Below, piece after piece: positions 10,642 to 18,179 of a DNA stretch of 20,000 bases (positions are counted from its first letter, which is position 1; the number at the start of each line of letters is the position of its first letter). The notes below the pieces were generated by a model. The model ran no database searches and had not been told where the DNA came from. It saw only the letters and a program-made list of their open reading frames with translations. Location: the NCBI RefSeq assembly GCF_004010195.1, contig NC_057718.1, positions 7,670,823 through 7,690,822 on the forward strand, given 5' to 3'. The DNA is from Chiloscyllium plagiosum (taxonomy: Eukaryota). Position numbers and translations under genes: made by a program.

Positions 10642-11231
10642 TTGTGACTGTGCAATCTCCATACTCTCTCTCTTTACCTTCTGGGGCTGAGGAGCTGAGT
10701 TAAAAGGGAAATGTAATTGCATTTCAGCCATGCTGTTCTTAACTGCAGCCCAACTCAAGGGTCACTTAAACCTTCCCAAGGAGGGTGGCATTTTTTATAT
10801 ATTGTCACAGACAGGGAAAGTGAATATTTTGCTAGGAGTGAGTTTGGGAATCCTCTGTGGTTCAGTAGGAATTTCTGACCTGGAGCTTCTTCAAACTTCA
10901 CAGCACTCCCTCTTTGCCAGATGCTACCTGATGGAAAAAGTGTGGATGTAAAAGGTCGAAGGTGCGCACCTGCAGGTTTATTGGCCTCGTTGGGTTGCAC
11001 AGGCTGCAAAAGTGCATTTATTTTTATGTGTCTGTGTGAAAATGCAAAGGAACTTGGCCTTAACCTGATGGGCAATGTCCCCCCTGACTGAAAGGTCAGC
11101 CCCATCTCTTGCCCTACACCCCACTCACCTGCGCACACATTCAGAGTTCAGAGCATTCAGAGTTTCGTCATCTCGCACCTCCTGTGTTCCCCGAAAGTTG
11201 AAATAAAGACTGCACTTATGAAGCCCCTGTC

Positions 11232-11538
11232 ATAGCTTTCACCTTGCTGGTCCTTGGTTGGACAGCTGGTTTGTGGTGTACGGTTCAACATCAAAAGGGT
11301 TGTGTGTTCAATTCCTGCACTAGTTGAGATTAGGAGAAAGTGAGGATTGCAGTTGCTGGAGATCAGAGTCGAGAGTGTGGTGCTGGAAAAGCACAGCAGG
11401 TCAGGAAGCGTCGGAGGAGCAGGAAAATCAATGTTTCGGGCATAAGTGCTTCGTCAGAAACTGGTTGGGATTAGCACCGTCTCAACCTTTCCCTCGCCTG
11501 AGGCATGGTAGCCCTCAGGTTAAACCATCACCAGTCGT
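11232..11538 (+). mobile_element. tRNA-headed SINE 'family C' interrupted by a hammerhead-bearing element
   Basis: Homologous to 7922-8110 on both sides of the 11334-11459 insert. Confidence 0.65.
11334..11459 (-). mobile_element. Short hammerhead-bearing (Penelope-like) element
   Basis: Minus strand 11457->11430 reads CUGACGA-A-GCAC-UUAU-GCCC-GAAA-CAUU; 15-bp duplication ACTAGTTGAGATTAG (11319-11333) / ACTGGTTGGGATTAG (11460-11474). Confidence 0.82.
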
Positions 11539-12240
11539 ATAGAGTCACATAGTATCCAGGAGCAAATTACTGAATCTGTACTAAAAACAGAAATGCCAGA
11601 GGTCACAGTGGGTCAGGCAGCATTCATGGAGAGAGAGCGAGCAAGCTAATGTTTCGAGTGTAGATGACTGTTCATTGTGCAGCACAGAAACAGACCCTTC
11701 AGCCCAACTAGTCCATGCCGACCATAATCTCCGACTAAACTCGTCCCACCTGCCTGCGCTTGGCCCATATCCCACCAAACATTTCTTATTCATGTACTTA
11801 TCCAAATGTAATTTAAACATGTAACTGTATCTGCATTCAACACTTCCTCTGGAAGTTCATTCCACACACAAACCACTCTGTGTGTAAAACAAAATTGCCC
11901 CTCATGTCTTTTTTTAAATCTTCCTCCTCTCCCCTTAAAAATATGCCCCCTCATCTTGAAATCCCTCACCTTAGGGAAAAGATTTTCACCTTATCGATAC
12001 CCTTCATGATTTTATAAATCTCTATAAGGTCACCCCTCAACTTCCCACACTCCAGTGAAGGAAAGTCCCAGCCTCTCCTTATGACTTAAACCCTCCATTC
12101 CCAGCAACATCCCAGTAAGGCTTTTCTGAGCCCTCTCCATCTTAATAACACCCATCCTATAGCAGGGCGACCAGAGCTAGAGACAGTACTCCCCAGAAGA
12201 GGCCTCACCAACATCCTGTCCAACCTCAACATGACATCCC
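11539..12240 (-). mobile_element. CR1 LINE 3' fragment whose extreme tail is interrupted at about 11553-11676
   Basis: Minus-strand FKLHLDKYMNKKCLVGYGPSAGRWD; reversed tail pieces 'atagagtcacatag' (11539-11552) and 'gcagcacagaaacagacccttcagcccaac' (from 11679). Confidence 0.88.
11581..11676 (-). mobile_element. Short hammerhead-bearing element, second subfamily
   Basis: Shares 'ggtcaggcagcat'; the minus strand reads AUGA-A-CAGUC-AUCUA-CACUC-GAAA-CAUU (11675->11648). Confidence 0.65.
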
Positions 12241-12247
12241 TGGTGGG

Positions 12248-12460
12248 CAACCTTTCCACACCAACTCTGTGAAGTCCCCTTAGGATCTTCTACTTTTCCT
12301 TAAGGCCACCTCTCATTCTTTGATGTTCCAATGAGTGCAGGCTTCACCTATTTGACCTCTCCTTCAGACAGTGCCTCCAGATTTGACATTAGCTTATGGT
12401 ACCTTGTCTGGACTGTCTCTACAGCCAGTATCTCTTTCCTCAGAGAAATAATATAACCAG
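12248..12460 (-). mobile_element. Old CR1 ORF2 fragment
   Basis: 'ccttaaggccacctctcattctt...ttccaatgagt...cctatttgacctctcc...ctggactgtctct' reads on the minus strand as a decayed 'LETVQ...ERSNR...SLE..RMRGGL.E' CR1 segment. Confidence 0.55.
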
Positions 12461-12477
12461 GGAGCTGAGAGGTGGAA

Positions 12478-12570
12478 TCATAAAATTGTACAGCACAGGA
12501 AGAGGCCATTCACCCCATAGTGTTTGTACTAGCTCTTGAAAGAGCTATCCAATTTCAGCCCACTCCCCTT
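12478..12570 (-). mobile_element. CR1 3' tail fragment
   Basis: 'tcataaaattgtacagcacaggaagaggccattcacccca' is a reversed CR1 3' hairpin and tail. Confidence 0.55.
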
Positions 12571-12602
12571 GGTGCTGGTCTCTATAAGCTCTAAATAAAT
12601 CA

Positions 12603-12880
12603 AGGGGCTTTTCTCCTTGGAGAGAATTAGGGGTTACAGGGATAAGGCAGGAATGTGGACTTGACTGACATAACACAAAGAACTGCAGGTGCTGGAAATC
12701 TGACAGAAAGTCAGAAATTGCCAGAGAAACTCAGCAGGTCAAGCACCATCCGTGGGGAGAGAAAACGGAGTTAACGTTTTGAGTCCAGTGACCCTTCATC
12801 AGAAGATGGGCTCTTGAGGATTACCAGATGAGCCATGATCTCGTCGAATGGCGGAGTGGACTCGATGGGCTGAACGTCCT
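12603..12880 (+). mobile_element. CR1 3' UTR fragment split by a hammerhead-bearing element
   Basis: 'ggggttacagggataaggcaggaatgtgg' continues after the insert as 'gatgagccatgatctcgtcgaatggcggagtggactcgatgggctgaa'. Confidence 0.6.
12672..12803 (-). mobile_element. Short hammerhead-bearing element, third subfamily
   Basis: Minus strand 12802->12773 reads CUGAUGA-A-GGGUC-ACUG-GACUC-AAAA-CGUU; terminal motif 'actgcaggtgctggaaatctga'. Confidence 0.78.
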
Positions 12881-13480
12881 ACATCTTGTAGCCTTTGGAT
12901 TGGACTGTTCTGGTTTGACTTTCCCTGGCAATTTGTGGGATAGTAACAGCGTGATGGGCAGTGCCCTTGCATCTGAGCAAGGAACCCCTGGTGGGCCAGG
13001 AAGGTGGTGAAACGTTCTGGGCACATGTCAGTGGAAGCCATTAAAAGCGGGCGAGAGTGAGTCTTGGTCAACCATGCTGGGCACAGAGTGGCACCCTCTG
13101 GAGATACAGCCTGTGGTGACAATCTCTTGTGATTGGTCCCGGTGAAAGGAACTGCGGAAACGGGTAGAAGCAGCACTTTGCTGGTGTCATGGGTCTTTCT
13201 AGATGTGGGAAAGGAAAAATACAAGTTTGGTGCTCAGGATGTGGTAAATCGATCATGCGTTAAGTGGACACGTTTTTAGCAATGACTTTACAGCTACTAT
13301 AATGAGGTGACACTACTCTTGAACTGACACTGCATCCAGACTCATCTGAAGGATCTGAATTGGCATGTCACCACGAATTCTGTTAAGGACCTTGCTCAGC
13401 ACAGACGAGCTGCAACGTTTCCTTACATTGGTAAATGCTTTTCAGGTCTCCTGAGCTGTGCTAGGTGCTATACCAATGTA

Positions 13481-13842
13481 AATGGAGACATATAAGGTAA
13501 TCAGAGGGTTAGGTAGGGTGGACAGTGAGAGCCTTTTTCCTCTGTTGGTGATGGCGAGCACGAGGGGACATAGCTTTAAATTGAGGGGTGACAGATATAA
13601 GACAGATGTCAGAGGTAGTTTCTTTACTCAGAGAGTAGTAGGGGTGTGGAATGCCCTGCCTGCAATAGTAGTAGACTCACCAACTTTAAGGGCATTTAAA
13701 TGGTCATTAGATAAACATATAGAGGGGAATGGAAGAGTGTAGGTTAGATGCCCTTCAGATTGGTTTCACAGGACAGCACAACATCGAGGGCCGAAGGGCC
13801 TGTACTGCGCTGTAATGTTCTATTCGATGTTCTGTGTTCTAA
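13481..13842 (+). mobile_element. CR1 LINE 3' fragment, distinct subfamily
   Basis: ETYKVIRGLGRVD...TRGHSFKL...FFTQRVVGVWNALP...FKWSLD; tail 'gggccgaagggcctgtactgcgctgtaatgttct' with ATGTTCT-type repeats. Confidence 0.93.
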
Positions 13843-14359
13843 ATCTGGGATGGTGCTGTCATGTAACAAAATCCAGTCACTTTCAGACCGATACATGAAT
13901 GGGCAGGGAGCAGAGGGATACAGACCCTTAGGAAATAGTTGGCGGGTTTAGATAGAGGATCTGGATTGGTGTGTTGTGTGTGACAACACTGTGTCACAAC
14001 GGCTCTTCTTAATATTTTTTTAATTTAACCTATTTTTTGAATCATCTTGTTCAGGAACCAAATCATAGAATCCCTATAGTGTGAAAACAGGCCATTCATC
14101 CCACCTAGTCCACACTAATCTTCCAAAGAGAATCCCATCCAGACCAGTTCCCATATCCTGTCCCTGTAAGCATTACATTTTCCATGGCTAACACACCTAA
14201 CCTGCACATCCCTGAACACTGTGGGCAATTTAGCGTGGCAAATCTGCCTAACCTGCATATCACTGAACACGCAGACACTGGGTGTATGTGCAAACTCCAC
14301 ACAGACAGTCACCCAAGGCTGGCGTTGAACCTGGGCCCCTGGCACTGTGAGGTAGCAGT

Positions 14360-14544
14360 GGACAGTGTGGTGCTGGAATAGCAGAGCAGGTCAGGCAGCA
14401 TTCGAGGAGCAGGAAAATTGACGTTTCAGGCATAAGCCTTTCATTAGACATCAAGTCTCCTGCTCCTCAGATGCTGCCTGACCTGCTGTGCTTTTCCAGT
14501 ACTAAACTCTTGACTCTGACTCTCCAATCTTCAATTTCTCCTCG
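14360..14544. mobile_element. Head-to-head inverted dimer of the hammerhead-bearing element
   Basis: Arms of about 14364-14423 and 14448-14510 are reverse complements; 16-bp duplication ACTGTGAGGYAGCAGT at 14344-14359 and 14545-14560. Confidence 0.85.
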
Positions 14545-14560
14545 ACTGTGAGGCAGCAGT

Positions 14561-14986
14561 TGAACAGGCTGGGGCTGTTTTCCCTGGAATGTCAGAGGCT
14601 GAGGAGTGATCTTATAGAGGTTTATAAAATCATGAAGGGCATGGATAGGATAAAGAGACAAGGTCTTTTCCCTGGGGTAGGGGAGCCCAGAACTAGATGG
14701 CATAGGCTTAGGGTGAGAGGGGAGAGATATAAAGGATACCTAAGGGGCAATGTTTTCACGCAGAGGGTGATGTGTGCGTGTGTGTGCGCGCAATGAGCTG
14801 CCAGAGGAAGTAGTGGAGGCTGGTACAATTGCAGCATTTAAAAGGCATCTGGATGGGGATATGAATAGGAAGGGTTTGGAGGGATATGGGCCAAATGCTG
14901 GCAAACAGGACTAGTTGGGTTGGAATATCGGGTCGGCATGGATGAGTTGGATTGAAGGGTCTGTTTCCATGCTGTACAGCTCAATG
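14561..14986 (+). mobile_element. CR1 (HER1-like) LINE 3' fragment
   Basis: LNRLGLFSLECQRLRSDLIEVYKIMKG...FTQRV; same 3' UTR as 6556-7055. Confidence 0.94.
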
Positions 14987-15733
14987 CTGACCACTGAGCC
15001 ACCGTACTGCCCTAGACAGGACATGATACTGGATCTCCTGGGTCAGAGGTAGGGACAAGAGGTGCCACCCACCCTCCCCTCTACCTTGCTAAAGCTCATT
15101 GGTTGTAGCTGTACTATGTGACTCTTTCGGGGGTGATGTCAGTTGTATGTGGAAATATGTGAGTGAGGTATCGGTGGAAAGTGAGTGTTGTGTGGAGGGG
15201 GAGGGTGCTGGTGGGGAGAGGCTATGTGATCTTTCAGGTGGTCTGCCATTCTTTGTCTCCCCACCACCACCCACACTGTCATTCGGCAAATATCAACTCT
15301 CTTTGAGAGCAAGGGTCAGGACTGGCGAACAGAAACACAGGCAGCCTTCAGCCCACTGAATGAGCTCACACAAGCACCGAGCATCTGGGGACAGCTCACA
15401 TGAATGCCATCATCATTTCCTTCTGAATGCAGACGTTTTTTTTTCTTAAAAGGGACCGTGACAGACACATGAAAGCCTTGCAATACTGTGCAGCTATTTT
15501 TGATATAATTGTGGCTGCACTCAAGCCATCTCTGAGAGGAAGATGTACGTTTCTTTAATGCTTTTTACCGTCTGCAAAAAGGCTTTACACAGTGGAGTGC
15601 TTTCCAATTGTGTGTGTGTGTCTCACTGTTGTCAGGAGTGGTGACAGGCTAGTGGTATTATCGTTGAATTTTATTCCAGACACCCAACTAATGTTCTGGG
15701 GACCCAGCTTTGAATCCCCCCCCCCCCCCACCA

Positions 15734-16017
15734 AGGGCATAGGTCTAGGGTGAGAGGAGAAAGATTTAAAAGCGCCCTAAGGGGCAACTGTTTCACGCAG
15801 AGGGTGGTGCCTGTATGGAATGAGCTGCCAGAGGAAGTGGTGGAGGCTGGTACAATGACAACATTTAAAAGGCATCAGGATGGGTACATGAATAGGAAGG
15901 GTTTAGAGGGATATGGGCCAAATGCTGGCAAATGGGATTAGATTAGGTTGGGATATCTGGTCAGCATAGACGGGTTGGACTGAAGGGTCTGTTTCCGTGC
16001 TGTACATCTCTATGACT
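15734..16017 (+). mobile_element. CR1 (HER1-like) LINE 3' fragment
   Basis: RGNCFTQRVVPVWNELPEEVVEAGT...GYGPNAGKWD*; tail 'gctgtacatctctatgact'. Confidence 0.94.
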
Positions 16018-16020
16018 CCA

Positions 16021-16202
16021 GGAGACGGTAAGGACTGCAGATGTTGGAAGCAGGAATCAATAGATGTGAAGCTGCAAGAGCACAGCAGGTGAGACAGCAT
16101 CCAAGGAGCAGGAAAGTCAGCATTTCTGATAGAAACCCTTTGTCCTGCTCCTCGGATACTGTCTGACCTGCTGTGCTCTTCTAGCTTCACATCGACTGAC
16201 TC
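16021..16202. mobile_element. Head-to-head inverted dimer of the hammerhead-bearing element
   Basis: Arms 16061-16113 and 16143-16195 are reverse complements; terminal motif 'aggactgcagatgttgga' on the left. Confidence 0.85.
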
Positions 16203-17115
16203 TGAATCCCACCATGGCAGATGGTGGAATCTGAATTCAATAAAAACCTGGAATGAGAGTTCGACGATGACCCTGAATCCACTATCGATTGTTGGAAAAA
16301 CCCATCTGGTTCACTAATGTCCTTTCAGGAAAGAAACTACAATCCTTACCTGGTCTGGGCAACTTGTGACTCCAGACCCTCAGCAATGTGGTTGACTCTT
16401 AATTGCCCACTGGCCATTTAGGGATGGGCAATAAGTACTGGCCTGGCCAGTGACACCCTCACAGAGTCAGACAGCACGAAAACAGACCATTCATTCCAAC
16501 AAATCCAAGGTGGAGGACGGGAATAAAATTGTGGCTGTAAGATCTGCTCCTTTTTTGAGATGTTTTCAGTGTTGGAGGTGATTTCCTTGAATTCCAGGAG
16601 CAGCAATCACTGTTTTATAAGCTGTTGCATTGTTTTGGAACTTGGGAGAAAAGATCAAAACAATGGCACCTTTTAAAAGGGAGAAAGACAGACAAAAGGC
16701 AGCGACCACATGGTCAGTGAGGGAGAGATAGAAAGAAACCGACACTGATAATTGACACAGCAGTGAATCTGCACAGTTACTGCCTTTACTTGAGTTCATG
16801 TATCTCTGGACATTGGAATGCATCCAGGAAAAATTAACAAACAGCAAAATTCACAGCTGACATTGGAGGAACCTGTGTGGGACAGCTGACTGCACAGTTA
16901 CACACAAGTGCATAGTTTTTACCATGTAACCTTGCTGTAAGTCTACAGTAGTGAGTAGAGTGGGTTCTTTCTTGATTATATGTTTTATTGAGATCTGTCT
17001 CTTGATTAAATTTTTAAAATATAAACCATAAGTACTAAGTTAGGCTGGTGCACTGTTTTTTTAGACCAATAAGACAGTGCTATTATCTGAGTCTGTAGAT
17101 TGTGAAGGAGCAAAG

Positions 17116-18036
17116 ATGGCCTTTAGTAGAGTGATATGCTCTTCCTGTTGGATATGGGAGTTTTGGGAGCGTTTCCATGTTACTGATGATTATGTCTGCA
17201 GGAAGTGTCTTTGGTTGCCAATCCTATCAGATCACATGGATTGGTTGGAACAGTAGTTAGCAGCAATGAGGAATTTACAAGAATAAGAGGTGTGATGGAT
17301 GTCAGTTACAGGAAGGAAGAAAAGCTGCAGATACAGTCAGGTACGTGGGTTAACTCCAGGAAAGCTAGGAGGGGTAGGCAGGTAGTGTCCGAGACTCCTG
17401 TGGCTATCCCCAAACAAGTATGCCGCTTTGGAAAATGTAGGACCCTCAGGGAAATATAACACGAACAGCCAAGTTTCTGGTATTGGGACTGGCTCTAATC
17501 TAATGTGGGGTACATCGGGTTCCAAGCGATCGATTGTGATAGGGGTCTCTCTAGTCAGAAGCACAGACAGGCGTTTCTACAGCAAGCAACAAAAAATCAG
17601 AATGGTGTGTTGTTTCCCTGGTGCCAGGATCAAGGATGTTTCAGAGAGGGTGCAGAATGTTCTCAAAGGAGAGAGGGACCAGCAGGAGGTCACTGTACCT
17701 ATTGGAACTAACGACATAGGAAGGGAAGAGTTTGAAATTCTGAAGGGAGAATAATGAAAGTTAGGCAGGAATTTAAAAAGGAGATCCTCAAGGGTAGTAA
17801 TATCTGAATTACTCCTGGTACTATGAACTAGTGAGGGTAAGAATAGGAATATAGAGCAGATGAGGATCTGGCTGAGAAGCTGGTGCATGGGAGAAGGATT
17901 CACATTTTTGGATCATTGGAATTTCTTTTGGGGTAGAAGTGACCTGTACAAGAAGGACAGATTGCACCTAAATTGGAAGGGAACTAATATACTGGCAGGG
18001 AAATTTGCGAGAGCTGCTCGGGAGGATTTAAACTAG
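17116..18036 (+). pseudogene. CR1 ORF1 pseudogene: zinc finger/leucine zipper plus SGNH (GDSL) esterase
   Basis: MAFSRVICSSCWIW...YVCRKC (CxxC...CxxC); in-frame TAG at 17254; esterase blocks IVIG(V)S (17542-17550, normally GDS), CFPGA, IGTND (GTND at 17704-17715) and DRLH (17956-17967); ends EDLN* at 18034-18036. Confidence 0.9.
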
Positions 18037-18179
18037 TAAGGTGGGGAGGGGGAGAGGTGTAGAACTCAGGGAAATATTGGGAAAAGAGATCAATCTGAGA
18101 TTGGTACAGTTGAGAAAGAAGTGAGTTAAACTGTTAAGGTAGGCAGGAACAAAGCAGAGAACAAGGTAGGACTGATAAA

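Larger units (their letters stand above)
14064..15012 (-). mobile_element. HE1-like V-SINE split into 14064-14359 and 14985-15012
   Basis: Reversed tail, V-domain ('gtgcaaactccacacagacagt') and B-box region up to 14359; the reversed A-box head 'ctgaccactgagccaccgtactgccc' reappears at 14987-15012. Confidence 0.88.
15635..16463 (+). mobile_element. SINE 'family B' split into 15635-15739 and 16203-16463
   Basis: Head 'ggctagtggtattatc...aatgttctggggacccagctttgaatccc'; the body resumes at 'tgaatcccaccatggcagatggtggaatctgaattc...'. Confidence 0.8.

Noticed and set aside
12651..12817. Target duplication around the 12672-12803 element
   Set aside because: The best match (aatgtggacttga vs gatgggctcttga) is only 9/13, too weak to count.
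13966..13993. V(D)J recombination signal (CACAGTG on the minus strand with a 12-bp spacer)
   Set aside because: The nonamer position reads ACACACCAA, only 4/9 matching ACAAAAACC, and there is no Ig/TCR segment nearby. It is a small TGTGACA/TGTCACA palindrome.
14360..14544. MITE or pre-miRNA reading of the inverted repeats (also 16021-16202)
   Set aside because: The same arm occurs singly elsewhere with its own duplication, the arms are asymmetrically truncated, and 16-17 bp duplications are longer than typical for DNA transposons.
44..16847. Short ORFs in the supplied track as host genes
   Set aside because: They are 60-141 aa, mostly overlap SINE, CR1 or microsatellite sequence or start at non-ATG codons, and show no recognisable non-TE domain.
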